DNA from: an uncultured delta proteobacterium
GTDB lineage: Bacteria > Desulfobacterota > Syntrophobacteria > BM002
Assembly (NCBI GenBank): GCA_963712115.1
Contig: CAVQGX010000042.1
Span: forward strand, 1-64,000
Reading direction: 5' to 3'
Length of the DNA: 64,000 nt
The notes under the pieces were generated by a model, which saw nothing but the letters and a program-made list of their open reading frames with translations, was not told where the DNA came from and did not search any database. Below are positions 38,114-48,981 of this stretch, one piece after another. Every line of letters starts with the position of its first letter. Positions within the stretch are counted from its first letter, which is position 1. A program made the position numbers and the translations under genes.

Positions 38114-38367
38114 ACTACTCTCCTCCGAACCCTCTTGCAATTTAGGCCTCTTTCAGATAACATCCCAAGTTAATTAATTGAAAATCTTGCGATTGTTAAA
38201 ACAAACGAGGAGTCTTTCCACAAATTTCCCGTGGTGGCTTGACCTAATTCCGCAAAGCGGAAACAGATGTGGGCAAGATATAATGGTTGAGGCTACAATT
38301 CGGGATAGGGACGCTCCCCTTGGGCCAATTCAAACCTCTTTGTCTGTGGGCACAGAGGCATCTAATC

Positions 38368-38946
38368 ATGTCCGTACTCCGGCGCCATTCACATATCTTT
38401 TTGCTATTTCTACTTCTCTGCCTCCTATGGTCGTCCCCTTCCCCACTCCGGGCCGCCGAGGCCACCCTATCCGATATAATAGTCACCAATACCCAGGAGG
38501 ACCTTCTTGTATTTTTTGATATTCAGGGCTGCTTTACCCGGGAGATGGAGGAGGCAATAGTCAACGGCATTCCTACTACGTTTACCATTATTATCAGGCT
38601 TTATAAAACCCGCACGCTTTGGTTTGACGGCTCTATCTCTTCCTTAAGGTTGGAACACACTATAAAGTATGACAGCCTGAAAAACGAATTTCGCGTAACC
38701 CGTTCGGAAGACAACAACAACGAACTAGTATTTAAGGAGTTCGAAGCGGCCAAAAAGGTCATGGCGGGAATTAGTAACATAGAGGTCGTACCACTGAAGG
38801 AGCTTCAAAGGAATAGTAAATATCAGCTCCGGGTGAAAGCAGAATTGGAAAAAGTCCGTCTGCCTCTTTATCTCCACTACGTCCTTTTTTTCGTAACCCT
38901 GTGGGACTTTGAAACGGACTGGTACACGGTTGACTTCACTTACTAA
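38368..38946 (+). CDS. DUF4390-family periplasmic protein
   Basis: Signal peptide; located upstream of ntrY; C-terminal WDFETDW. Confidence 0.8.
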   Translation: MSVLRRHSHIFLLFLLLCLLWSSPSPLRAAEATLSDIIVTNTQEDLLVFFDIQGCFTREMEEAIVNGIPTTFTIIIRLYKTRTLWFDGSISSLRLEHTIKYDSLKNEFRVTRSEDNNNELVFKEFEAAKKVMAGISNIEVVPLKELQRNSKYQLRVKAELEKVRLPLYLHYVLFFVTLWDFETDWYTVDFTY

Positions 38947-39056
38947 GAGAAGCATTTATAATCTTTTTATCAGTTAACCACTCAGCCACAGGCCAAGGGG
39001 GTTGTGAAGCAATTGCTACCCCATTGGCCGAATAATGCTAGCAGCAACAAAGAGCC

Positions 39057-41321
39057 ATGTTATCGCCAAAAAGACCTGATCGCACCGCGGAACAAAGGCG
39101 GAGGAGACGAGAAAGAATCATTATTATCGTCGCCCTGCCCCTCATACTTCTCCTTACCTACCTTGAGAGCCACTTTCTTCAGGTTGGCAGCAAGCTCCCC
39201 ATGGGCAGTAACATCGTTATTTTCGCCCTAATGAACATCAATGTGATCCTGTTGCTGTTCCTTCTCTATTTGATCGCCCGCAATGTGGTTAAGCTCATAT
39301 TTGAGCGGAAGCAGAACATTTTCGGACATCGACTGCGCACAAAGCTGGTGATCACCTTTATCACCCTTTCCTTGATACCAACCATCGTTCTCTTTGGATT
39401 GGCCACCCAGTTCATCTCCACCAGTATGGAATACTGGTACAATATACAAGTGGAGCAGTCGCTAAAAAAATCGCTACAAGTGGCCCAATCTCTCTATCAG
39501 AAAGCCATTGATTCCGGCTTCATCGTTAGCGCCCAGTTAAGTGAACTGATCTCCCGACACGACATGCTCAACAGAGACAAGAGCAAACAACTAACGGAAC
39601 TTACGCAGGAAGCCCGTCGTGCCCATGATCTCCATCACATTGCCGTTTACTTACCCAGTCTGCAGCTCATGGCAAGTGACACTAAAGATAAATCTCCTCC
39701 TATTATCCTCGACGAGTCCATGGGCAAAGTAATAAGGCAGACGTTTGAAGAACGTCAATCCCTGAATCACATCAACTCAACATCTGCTGGTGATCTGGTC
39801 TGGACTGTGAGTCCCATTCTCGCTTCAGGGGACTCAAAAAAGATAATGGGCATTCTGGTTATCGGAAGATTACTTCCTAAAGATCTTCTTACTGACATGG
39901 CTGAAATCACTACCGGCTTTGAGAATTACCAACAGATGAAAATGTTGAAGAAACCAGTGAAGATGAGCAATCTCATTACCCTTTCTATTGTCACTCTATT
40001 GATTCTCCTCTTCGCCTCCTGGTTCGGCTTTTACCTTGCCAAGAGCATTACTGTGCCTATTCAAGAGCTGGCTGAAGGCACCAGGCGTATTGCCCATGGG
40101 GACCTGGACGTTCATGTTGACCAGGATTCTGATGACGAGATTGGCACCCTGGTCAACTCTTTCAACCGGATGACCCTAGACCTCCAAGCTAGCAAGGCAG
40201 CCCTGGAAAAGAGCAACTTGGAACTGAAACTCACCAGTGAGGAAATAGAGAGAAGGCGGAGGTACATGGAAATAGTCCTGCGCAACGTTGCCGCAGGCGT
40301 GGTCTCGGTAGATGCGGAGGGCCACATCCGGACCATCAATAAATCTTCGGAATCCATATTTAGTCTCAAGGCCGAAGACGTGCTGAATCACCACTACTCT
40401 GAGGTACTGCAAGCAAACCACATGGAGATCGCCAGCAAATTCATTGAAATGCATCAAATTACCAAACAACGCACCTTGCAAAGGCAAGTCCGATCCTTGG
40501 TGGGTAACCGGCTAATGACCCTACTGGTCACGGTCTCTATCTTGCAAGACGAGGAAGGACAATATCTGGGCATTGTGGTGGTCTTTGATGACCTTACCGA
40601 ATTGGAAAAGGCACAGAGAATGGCTGCCTGGCGGGAGGTGGCAAGACGGATCGCTCATGAGATAAAAAACCCCTTGACTCCTATTCAGCTCTCAGCTCAA
40701 AGGTTGAGACGCAAGTACCTCCAGCGCTTTACCGAAGACGGTAAGGTGTTTGACGAATGCACCCGCACCATCATCAATCAGGTGGATGAACTCAAGCTCT
40801 TGGTCAACGAGTTCTCTAACTTCGCTAGGATGCCAACCGCTAATCCCTCGCCCAATGATCTAGCAGAAATCGTCCAGGAAACCCTATCGCTTTTTAGCGA
40901 AAGCCATCCGTCAACCAATTTTATATTCGAACAGCAAGATCCACTTCCTTTGCTGGACCTGGATCGGGAGCAGATGAAAAGGGTTATGATCAACCTTTTA
41001 GACAATGCGGTGGCGGCCGTGGATGAACACGGCGAAATCCGGGTTAATCTCTCTTTCGACGAGATTCTCAAGATTGTACGTCTTGAGGTCTCCGACAACG
41101 GACCTGGCATTCCGGCTGAGCACAAAATAGGCATGTTTGAACCATATTTTTCAACCAAAGAGAAGGGAAGTGGACTTGGCCTTGCTATAGTCAGTAATAT
41201 CATTGCGGATCATCAAGGTTTCATCCGCGTTCGCGACAATCAACCGCAGGGAACCACCATCGTTATCGAACTGCCGGGGGGCAGCCGCACCTCTGCCGAG
41301 TCCGTTACCGAACTAACCTGA
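39057..41321 (+). CDS. ntrY: NtrY-like sensor histidine kinase (HAMP-PAS-HisKA-HATPase)
   Basis: AWREVARRIAHEIKNPLTPIQLSAQRL. Confidence 0.9.
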   Translation: MLSPKRPDRTAEQRRRRRERIIIIVALPLILLLTYLESHFLQVGSKLPMGSNIVIFALMNINVILLLFLLYLIARNVVKLIFERKQNIFGHRLRTKLVITFITLSLIPTIVLFGLATQFISTSMEYWYNIQVEQSLKKSLQVAQSLYQKAIDSGFIVSAQLSELISRHDMLNRDKSKQLTELTQEARRAHDLHHIAVYLPSLQLMASDTKDKSPPIILDESMGKVIRQTFEERQSLNHINSTSAGDLVWTVSPILASGDSKKIMGILVIGRLLPKDLLTDMAEITTGFENYQQMKMLKKPVKMSNLITLSIVTLLILLFASWFGFYLAKSITVPIQELAEGTRRIAHGDLDVHVDQDSDDEIGTLVNSFNRMTLDLQASKAALEKSNLELKLTSEEIERRRRYMEIVLRNVAAGVVSVDAEGHIRTINKSSESIFSLKAEDVLNHHYSEVLQANHMEIASKFIEMHQITKQRTLQRQVRSLVGNRLMTLLVTVSILQDEEGQYLGIVVVFDDLTELEKAQRMAAWREVARRIAHEIKNPLTPIQLSAQRLRRKYLQRFTEDGKVFDECTRTIINQVDELKLLVNEFSNFARMPTANPSPNDLAEIVQETLSLFSESHPSTNFIFEQQDPLPLLDLDREQMKRVMINLLDNAVAAVDEHGEIRVNLSFDEILKIVRLEVSDNGPGIPAEHKIGMFEPYFSTKEKGSGLGLAIVSNIIADHQGFIRVRDNQPQGTTIVIELPGGSRTSAESVTELT

Positions 41322-41458
41322 TGTTAGCGCCCCTTGAATGCAGGAGATACTGGATGCTGGGTGCTGGATACTAGATATTAGATGAACATATGAGTTCTGT
41401 AATAAAAATCTAGCATCCAGGATCTAGTATCAAGAATCTAGTGAAGAGTCGTTTAACT

Positions 41459-42829
41459 ATGACCAGGACCATAATGATAGTAGATGATGAGCCGAGCATC
41501 CGCACATCCTTGGAGGGTGTATTGGAAGACGAGGGTTTCAAGGTTGTCTGCGCAAGCGATGGTCACGAAGCCTTGAAGACCATGGAAGAGGATATGCCGG
41601 ACCTGGTTCTACTGGATATCTGGATGCCCGGGATTGATGGGATTGAGACTCTGAAACGGATGCGGGAACTCCACCCTGCCCTCCAGGTTATTATGATCTC
41701 TGGCCACGGGACCATAGAGACGGCTGTAAATGCCACCAAGCTGGGGGCTTTCGATTTTATTGAAAAACCCCTTTCTTTGGAGAAAACCTTAGTCACCATT
41801 CAGAATGCTCTTAATTTTCGTCGGCTTCGAGATGAAAATATTATCCTGCGCCAAAAGGCGAGAGGGAAGCACAAGATCACCGGGGAAAGTGCAGTTATAA
41901 AACAACTTCGAGAAACAATTGAGCGCGTGGCTCCAACTCAGGCCACAGTCCTAATCACCGGCGAGAACGGAACCGGCAAGGAACTGGTAGCTCGCGCCAT
42001 CCATCATTTCAGCCCCAGAAATACTCGTCCTTTGGTTGAGGTTAACTGTGCTGCCATCCCTGAAGAACTTATCGAGAGCGAGCTATTTGGGCACGAGAAG
42101 GGCGCATTCACCGGAGCCAATGAACGGCGCCGCGGACGCTTTGACCTTGCAAATAACGGCACCCTCTTTTTGGATGAAATCGGTGACATGAGCCTGAAAA
42201 CCCAGGCTAAAATTTTACGGATTCTGGAGGAGCAGCGCTTCGAAAGAGTGGGCGGCAACAAAATTATCCAGGTTGACGTCCGTATTATTGCGGCCACCAA
42301 CAAAGATTTGAAGCGGGAGATCGACGAAGGCTGGTTCAGGGAGGATCTTTACTATCGATTGAACGTAATTCCTGTCTTCGTTCCGCCGCTGAGGGAACGA
42401 AAAGAAGACATCCCGCTATTGGTGGAAGATTTCGTGGTAGAATTCGCCCAGGAGGGCAAGTCGACCAGAAAGACTTTTGCCGAAGAAGTTATCCCTGTGT
42501 TGCAGAATTATCCCTGGCCAGGCAATGTGAGAGAACTCAAAAATTTCGTCGAGCGCTTGGCAATATTAGTCCCCGAGGAGGTTATCGAGCTTAGCCATAT
42601 ACCAGCCTCTTTCCACCAGTGCTTTGAAGAGGTCAGCCCAAGTACCGCTATGGAGCAAGCCAACTTCAAAACAGCCAAAGTTCAGTTCGAAAAAGACTAC
42701 TTGCGCAGGAAACTGGAGGAACACGATTGGAACATCTCAAAGACCGCAGGTGCCATCGGCATCGAGAGGAGCCATTTACACCGTAAACTCAAAGCCTACG
42801 GCGTTTCATCAGAGAAATCCAAGGAATAA
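41459..42829 (+). CDS. ntrX: NtrX-like sigma54 response regulator
   Basis: LLDIWMPG; ISGHGTIETAV; GAFTGA; IERSHLHRK. Confidence 0.9.
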   Translation: MTRTIMIVDDEPSIRTSLEGVLEDEGFKVVCASDGHEALKTMEEDMPDLVLLDIWMPGIDGIETLKRMRELHPALQVIMISGHGTIETAVNATKLGAFDFIEKPLSLEKTLVTIQNALNFRRLRDENIILRQKARGKHKITGESAVIKQLRETIERVAPTQATVLITGENGTGKELVARAIHHFSPRNTRPLVEVNCAAIPEELIESELFGHEKGAFTGANERRRGRFDLANNGTLFLDEIGDMSLKTQAKILRILEEQRFERVGGNKIIQVDVRIIAATNKDLKREIDEGWFREDLYYRLNVIPVFVPPLRERKEDIPLLVEDFVVEFAQEGKSTRKTFAEEVIPVLQNYPWPGNVRELKNFVERLAILVPEEVIELSHIPASFHQCFEEVSPSTAMEQANFKTAKVQFEKDYLRRKLEEHDWNISKTAGAIGIERSHLHRKLKAYGVSSEKSKE

Positions 42830-42842
42830 AGCCACCAAAAGT

Positions 42843-43010
42843 TAAATCCTAATATCTAATTTCTAAATCCTAAACAATTTCCAAATGCGCCAAATTCAAA
42901 TGAGAAAAACGAATTGACCCATTAATATGCATACGTCATTGGTTTTGAACATTTGGAAATTTGGATTTCGTATTTGTTTCGTGCTTCGAGCTTAGGATTT
43001 GGGATTTTGA
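42843..43010. repeat. Palindromic dispersed heptamer-repeat element
   Basis: AAATCCTAAACAA...TTTTGAACATTTGG...TTTGTTTCGTGCTTCG...GGATTT; similar to 58575-58735. Confidence 0.65.
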
Positions 43011-43026
43011 TTCTTTAGAATCAGCC

Positions 43027-44394
43027 TTACCGAAACCTCTTCTTCTCCTCCTCGATAACATCCACGAGCTCGTACATGATTTCCGGCAGCTTCATGCTGA
43101 CCCTGTCCCAGGAAACGGTCTGGGGCGTTTCGTAGAGTTGATCCCTCAGCTTTAGTCCGGCTTGGTCAATGGCGCGAGCAAGGCCACTTTTCATGAAAGG
43201 TTCAAACTCTTCATTGGCTGTGACGAAGCTCAAAAAACGGTCACTCAAACGGTAGGGTGTAATCAGCAGATCGCCAGCAAAGAGAATAGCATCCTTGAAG
43301 ACTGTGCGCACTGCATTCTCTTCTTCATTGCGATCGTATCGAAGCCCTGCAAAGGCAGCGTTGTCTGCGTACATCTTGATCAGGTGATCGGCCACATCCA
43401 AATAAGTAATGGTGAGGTCCCGGATGAAGTGATCGGAAATCTCCAATCCTTCTTCAATGACCAAAGCGCTCAGAAGGGTAGTGACGATGTCAACCCCCAT
43501 CTTGTGGATTCCACGACTACCATCCTCCTCCGATATTGGCTGGTGTTTGTGATCATAGGCGCCACCGAGGACCTCCACCTGGGCAATGGTGTTGGCCTTG
43601 CGGTAAACCTCGATAAGGGTAAAGATTTCTACTCCCCAGTTGGTAGCGAAGTGCATTCTGCGCAGCAAGCTGTTTTCGAAGGCAACCTCGCCCGACAGTT
43701 GATAGTGGAAATTTAAGAGAAAATCCACAATCCTGAGGACCCTGTCCTCTTGCGTATCGGTGAACTTGCGCTTGAGTGCAATAAGAAGAGGGTCTAGGAG
43801 TAACCTCTTGGCCCGACCATAAAGTTGGTCCTCCTTAAGCCGCGCATAATATGCCTTTGAAAACTGATAGTTTAAGACCACTACAGGAAAAAAAAGCCGG
43901 TCGATCATCTTCCGCTCAAAGGTCCTGATATCAGCATCAACCACACCAATGCACTCGGCGCCCAAAGCCAGAGCTATACCGAAAGAGAGGAACATGTTCC
44001 TCCCCTTGCCCGGCTCTTCCAGTCGGAAACCCGCCTCTGAGAGTTTTTTGTAGATTGAAGCGAACCCTGCCCCGTTGTTGTGTTGAATGAGAAAGTTATT
44101 CAATCCCTTGGATTTCAGGATATCAGCCAGTTCGAGTGCTTCTTCGTCGCTGGCACTATCCAGGCCAAAAATAATATGAGAGAGATACTCCACTGCTGTC
44201 AGCTGTTCGACAATGTTGCCGAACACCGGGCGGTTTTCTTCCTCGGTGAATTCAGTTGCCAGGAGAGGCACTACGAGCACGGCCTTTTTCCACTTGGAGT
44301 GGAAGAGAAGCTTTTCATCCATCTCATCCGGCTGGGAACCTAGGAGATGAAAGGTGGTGATTTTCGTGTGCTTTTGGGCAAAAAAAGACATCAA
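43027..44394 (-). CDS. Glucosyl-3-phosphoglycerate synthase-like glycosyltransferase
   Basis: GKGRNMFLSFG; DADI; KAYYAR...GRAKRLL; YQLSGE; WGVEI; YDHKHQ. Confidence 0.75.
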   Translation of the reverse strand: MMSFFAQKHTKITTFHLLGSQPDEMDEKLLFHSKWKKAVLVVPLLATEFTEEENRPVFGNIVEQLTAVEYLSHIIFGLDSASDEEALELADILKSKGLNNFLIQHNNGAGFASIYKKLSEAGFRLEEPGKGRNMFLSFGIALALGAECIGVVDADIRTFERKMIDRLFFPVVVLNYQFSKAYYARLKEDQLYGRAKRLLLDPLLIALKRKFTDTQEDRVLRIVDFLLNFHYQLSGEVAFENSLLRRMHFATNWGVEIFTLIEVYRKANTIAQVEVLGGAYDHKHQPISEEDGSRGIHKMGVDIVTTLLSALVIEEGLEISDHFIRDLTITYLDVADHLIKMYADNAAFAGLRYDRNEEENAVRTVFKDAILFAGDLLITPYRLSDRFLSFVTANEEFEPFMKSGLARAIDQAGLKLRDQLYETPQTVSWDRVSMKLPEIMYELVDVIEEEKKRFR

Positions 44395-44489
44395 TCTTCC
44401 CTCTGGATAAGAACTTTATGGAGAACCTCTGGGGACATGCTTTTATTAGATAACCTTACTAAATTAATTGCCGACATACAAGGGAATAG

Positions 44490-44960
44490 GCGTAATTGGG
44501 AATTCAGGAATTAAAGAATTGAGGGATTGAGGGATTTAAGATTTTAGATCGCAGATTGAAGCATGGAAATTACAAATCACAACACCCAAATAACAAATGG
44601 TTCGACAAGCTCACCACCCTGAGCCAAGTCGAAGGGCAAATAACAATGACCGAAATTCAAAATCCCAAACCTTCACATCATCTTAAAAAAAGAAAATTCC
44701 AAATATGTTTGGGTCATTGATCACTTGCCCTGTGGAATGCCACCTGTTGGCGGCCCTCCTCCAGAGGATTCCACAGGGTGAAAATTTGAGATTTATTTGT
44801 AATTTGGTGCTTGGGATTTGGGATTTTGGCTCGAGGATTTCGGATTGCGGATTTGAGATCACACATCCCACATCTCACATCTCAAATTTTAGGCATTTTA
44901 GTTCATTTTAGTTCACTTTAGACATTTAGAGCTCTCTATGCCCTCTGCTCTATGCTCTAT
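44490..44960. repeat. Nested short-period repeats with a REP-like hairpin
   Basis: (GGGATTGA)n, TTCGACAAGCTCACCACCCTGAGCC..GTCGAAGGG, (GGATTTG)n, (CACATCT)n, (CTCTATG)n. Confidence 0.65.
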
Positions 44961-44961
44961 G

Positions 44962-46224
44962 CTAAATTTCGATACCAAAAAAATTGGCAATTAGGAAAGC
45001 CAGTCGCTTCCGCAGAACTTCGTAAGAATAGTGACGGGTTGCCACCAAATAGTTATGGTTAACCATCCTCTCACGTCTTTCTGGGGACTCCAGGACCTCC
45101 CGCACCTGTTTGACCACGCGCTCTGTTATGAACCCGTCCATAACGATCAGATCAAACTCTTGTGGTTCAATATCCCTGATGAAAACCTCATAGCGATTAA
45201 TTAGCAGGGGTTTTCGAAAATAGACCGCCTCTAGGAAGGCGTTGCCGAATCCCTCATAAAGACTGGTGTAGGTGACAAAATCTGCGTGTGGATAGACATC
45301 CCAGAGAGTATAAACCTTCTCCCCCTTTTCATTAAGGCCACGCGTTTCGCCTATATGGCAAGAAACCAGCCTGAGGTCCACATTGTGGTCACGGGCATGT
45401 TCTTCCACAAAATGGGCATAGTCATAACCTTCGTCACCAGCTTGGTGAGAGATGACAAGTTTATATTTGGCATCCCCTAGTTGACTCACCAACTCGATGG
45501 CGTGTTCGATGCCTTTTCTCTGAACTATCCTGGTGGGTTGCAGAATGAGGACGTCACCTTCCTCTAGACCGATCTCTTGACGAAAATTCTTGCTATATTC
45601 AACATCTACCTGTGGTTGATTCTCGAAATCCAGCACATTTGGAATGACTGTGGCTGAGATTCCGGTACGCAATGCTAATTCTTCTTGGGCTAAGGTGCTG
45701 ATCACAACATGCTGGATACTTGGAAGTTTGGGCGGAAACGCCATCTGCAGATAATCTTGCACTGCGTTCAACGAAAACCGAACCCTTTCCCAAAAAAAAT
45801 CATGGTGATGGGCAATGGTGGGAATGCCGGTCTCTGCAATCAGCTCGGTAACCGCCAATCCCAGAGGGATATGCATGGGGATACTCAGGACATTCTGGGG
45901 AATAATTATATCGATGTTGAACTTCTCGATGAACTCGTAAAGCCTACCCTTTAGATAATTTCTCATGGCATGGATGTGACCGCTGATTTCCGAAGTCCTG
46001 TATTTCACCCCAAGTACGTGCTCATTGATCCACCTTACTTCCTCGTGGTCAAAAAAGGCCTCAACCACCAGCATGCTCGCCTTGGGATCCCGGTCTAGCT
46101 CTCCAGCAAACCAGTAGGAGACATGTTGCCTATCCCAAAGAAGCTGAGCCCATTTGGCAGCCTCTAGGGAAACGCCGTCTCTTCCAGCAAACCTGGTTGA
46201 GATGAAACCAATCTTTTTGCCCAT
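44962..46224 (-). CDS. GT4 glycosyltransferase (mannosylglucosylglycerate synthase-like)
   Basis: GRDGVSLEAAKW; AHHHDFFWER; QPTRIVQRKGIEHA; YEGFGNAFLEA. Confidence 0.8.
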   Translation of the reverse strand: MGKKIGFISTRFAGRDGVSLEAAKWAQLLWDRQHVSYWFAGELDRDPKASMLVVEAFFDHEEVRWINEHVLGVKYRTSEISGHIHAMRNYLKGRLYEFIEKFNIDIIIPQNVLSIPMHIPLGLAVTELIAETGIPTIAHHHDFFWERVRFSLNAVQDYLQMAFPPKLPSIQHVVISTLAQEELALRTGISATVIPNVLDFENQPQVDVEYSKNFRQEIGLEEGDVLILQPTRIVQRKGIEHAIELVSQLGDAKYKLVISHQAGDEGYDYAHFVEEHARDHNVDLRLVSCHIGETRGLNEKGEKVYTLWDVYPHADFVTYTSLYEGFGNAFLEAVYFRKPLLINRYEVFIRDIEPQEFDLIVMDGFITERVVKQVREVLESPERRERMVNHNYLVATRHYSYEVLRKRLAFLIANFFGIEI

Positions 46225-46234
46225 ATCAGCCGTT

Positions 46235-47086
46235 TCACCTTCCGCATGCCTTTAGCAATGTTTCATAGTTAGTAACCATCGGCCCTTTGCCAATTGTCCC
46301 ACCCAAGCGCACGCTTTGAGCATTACCCCAGAATAGTAAGGCCTGCAAACCATGTGCCTTTGCTGGCAAAATATCATTCTCACAGTCGTTTCCAACAACC
46401 AGAACTTCTTCAGGTCTTAGGCCTAAATAGAGAGCCCTTGTCCTGATAAGTCGAAAAAAGTAAGGGGAAGGCTTAGAAAAGCCCAGGTGAAAGGAGAGAA
46501 AAGTCAGCTCTGCATTGAAGTACTCCTCAGGTTTGATGTTTAAAACCTTTCCCAGAATGGGCAGAGTGTAAAACTGCGAATTGGACGCAAGGCCCAGTTT
46601 TATGCCGCTTCTTTTCAGCTTCAACAGGGCTTCCGCCGCTCCGGAAAAGGGTCGAACCGGATTTGCCATCAATTCACGGTAGGCCGCTAGCATGCGCGGT
46701 TGGCTAACGGAGGGATCCCCGCCTGCCCTGGCAATCATCTCAGTCCAAATGAGATCTACCTGAACCTCCGCTGGGGCAATGCCCATTTTTTCCTGTTCTT
46801 TGTGTTCTGAGCGGATGGCCTCGAAGAACCACTTGTGCCATTTGATCCCAATTGCCTCGGAAAAGCCGAAACGTTTGGCAGTCGCTATGAAGCTTTCCTC
46901 CCCTGAAGCAAGTCTCGCCTGTTCATTGAGATCCCCGACTTGAGGACAGACTAAAGTACCGTAAACGTCGAAAAGGATGGCTTTAGGATTCGGCTCTAAG
47001 GTGGGAACCACCCCTTTTGGTCTGGTGGGGGCGGGAACATCTACCTGGAACTCCTGCAAAATAGAAAGCCAGTTAGCCATTACCAT
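46235..47086 (-). CDS. HAD-family hydrolase (phosphatase)
   Basis: FDVYGTL; ASNSQFYT; KP; GNDCENDI. Confidence 0.88.
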   Translation of the reverse strand: MVMANWLSILQEFQVDVPAPTRPKGVVPTLEPNPKAILFDVYGTLVCPQVGDLNEQARLASGEESFIATAKRFGFSEAIGIKWHKWFFEAIRSEHKEQEKMGIAPAEVQVDLIWTEMIARAGGDPSVSQPRMLAAYRELMANPVRPFSGAAEALLKLKRSGIKLGLASNSQFYTLPILGKVLNIKPEEYFNAELTFLSFHLGFSKPSPYFFRLIRTRALYLGLRPEEVLVVGNDCENDILPAKAHGLQALLFWGNAQSVRLGGTIGKGPMVTNYETLLKACGR

Positions 47087-48678
47087 CCTCCTATTAACGG
47101 CCGATGAAATCGAGGGCGAAAATAAAGATCCAGCAGCCGGTCGCTCACATTTGCAATTTTCTTCTCTTGGTTTTCCCGATCAAAAATCCCTTCGAATGTT
47201 GCTGTGAGTTTTGCGGCATGGGACTCCAGACCGAAATGCTCCTCCACTCGCTGAGAAAAATCAGGGGGGAACCCTGCCGGTTCAATTGCTTTCGAGTTCA
47301 ACAGCTTCAACTCCCCCAGCAAATCTCCTCTCTGGAGACGACCGGCGAGACGGATCTGCTGGCTTAGTTCGAGAAAACCGAAATCTACAGCGGTCTTTGA
47401 AAAAATTGCCTCTACTTCCTCACTAAATCTGTCGACTGTTGAATGGTTCAGCCCCAACAATCTCCCCTGTTCTTGAGCGAATCTCTGACCCTTGCTGATC
47501 ATCTCCTTTCTCGTTTGTCCGTCTATGGGCACCAGGAACTCGTCATATAATGATGTTGCCGGGAAACCGACATCGACAAAATCAGAGGTTACATCATTAA
47601 GATTTCTTCCCACCAGAGGCCTACCTCGATTGGCCCCCTCGAGAAAGGTGAATCCGAATCCCTCCAGAAGTGAAGTGCTGACCACAACATCGGAGGCCAG
47701 AAGAAGATCGTCAAAACTAAAGGCACTTCCTACGAGTTCATGCCCAAATCCTACAACCGCGGCGTGTTTCTCTTTTCTGAACAGGTCTTTTACTGCTTCG
47801 GCGTAGGGACGTTCCGGCTCAGAGTTAGCATCCAGAGTGATGAGCAGTTGAGGAGAATCCTCTGCCATGGCAGCCAAGAGCAAAGCTTCCACTACGTTCT
47901 TTCTGCGAATGAGCCGAATGGGGAGAGTCCACCACGGTCGTCCGTATTCAAATTGATAGCCCTTTTCCCGGGCATAGATTTGCAAGTCCTTACCTATCGA
48001 TTCTTTGCTTTTTCTTTTTTCAGTGCGAACAAGGGGTACTGCGTTGGGTAGGACAAATATTCTCTCCCTGGGTATCCCCGCTTGGGCCAGTCTCTTGGAG
48101 TCTGCCTTGTTCAGCACTCCATAGCTTACATTCTGGGAAAGAGGGTAGAAATCTTCCAGACCTCCATGGCCCCAACATTTTCGCAAATGTTTCAGGTTCC
48201 AGAACCGGCCGCATTCTGCAAAGTCATGAATGTGGTAAAGAAATTGGTGCGCAACTCCCCTGTCAACCGCCTGCTGAGCCGCTTTCATTAGTGCGGCAGT
48301 CACCAGGGCATTTTTGCCCAGGGTGGGATTGTGGGCCCAAAACAGAGAGTCCCCTCTAACTTGTAGAAGAAACCAACTTGCTAAGCGGGAGGCCTCCTGC
48401 CAAAATGAATCTCTATCCGGCCAAACCCTTTCGCTATAGTCTAGCCTGGAATCCACTTCAACCTGAACCTCTAGGCCCCGCTGGTCCAGGAATGTCCGAA
48501 ATTCATCGATACCGGTTGTTCTCCCCGTGAGGACTTTGACCGACCGTTGAGAAAGCCAGCCTGACTGGCCCAGGGCAACCAGACTGTTCTTGAGGGAAGA
48601 GCAAACTCCTCCGGGTAGAAGATGATAGTGGACAATCACCAGACTGTCGGGGCGCGACATAGTCTCATTTCCTCCCAT
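47080..48678 (-). CDS. GT-B fold glycosyltransferase
   Basis: HYHLLPGGV; HNPTLGKN; HIHDFAE; RRKNVVEA; EGFGFTFLE. Confidence 0.8.
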   Translation of the reverse strand: MGGNETMSRPDSLVIVHYHLLPGGVCSSLKNSLVALGQSGWLSQRSVKVLTGRTTGIDEFRTFLDQRGLEVQVEVDSRLDYSERVWPDRDSFWQEASRLASWFLLQVRGDSLFWAHNPTLGKNALVTAALMKAAQQAVDRGVAHQFLYHIHDFAECGRFWNLKHLRKCWGHGGLEDFYPLSQNVSYGVLNKADSKRLAQAGIPRERIFVLPNAVPLVRTEKRKSKESIGKDLQIYAREKGYQFEYGRPWWTLPIRLIRRKNVVEALLLAAMAEDSPQLLITLDANSEPERPYAEAVKDLFRKEKHAAVVGFGHELVGSAFSFDDLLLASDVVVSTSLLEGFGFTFLEGANRGRPLVGRNLNDVTSDFVDVGFPATSLYDEFLVPIDGQTRKEMISKGQRFAQEQGRLLGLNHSTVDRFSEEVEAIFSKTAVDFGFLELSQQIRLAGRLQRGDLLGELKLLNSKAIEPAGFPPDFSQRVEEHFGLESHAAKLTATFEGIFDRENQEKKIANVSDRLLDLYFRPRFHRPLIGGW

Positions 48679-48981
48679 CAGTTACCTTATAATAATATCA
48701 AGTGGTTGGCAATAAGGGACCACAATAACGCACTAGCTCTTTGGCATTAGAGAATCTCCATTTCCTGGCAGTAGCAGCAGACTTAGGTTGGAGTGATGGA
48801 GTATTGGAGTGTTGCAAATATTTTTCGAGAATCAGAGTGCATTAATCCCATTACTCCAGTACTCCACTACTCCATTTTCTTTGGTGGCATAAATCTTGTA
48901 CATCTGCCTTACATATGATATAGGCTTCCGGCAAGGTTCTAGCTCGGATATCTGACGAATTACTGTCGCGAGACCACGAAG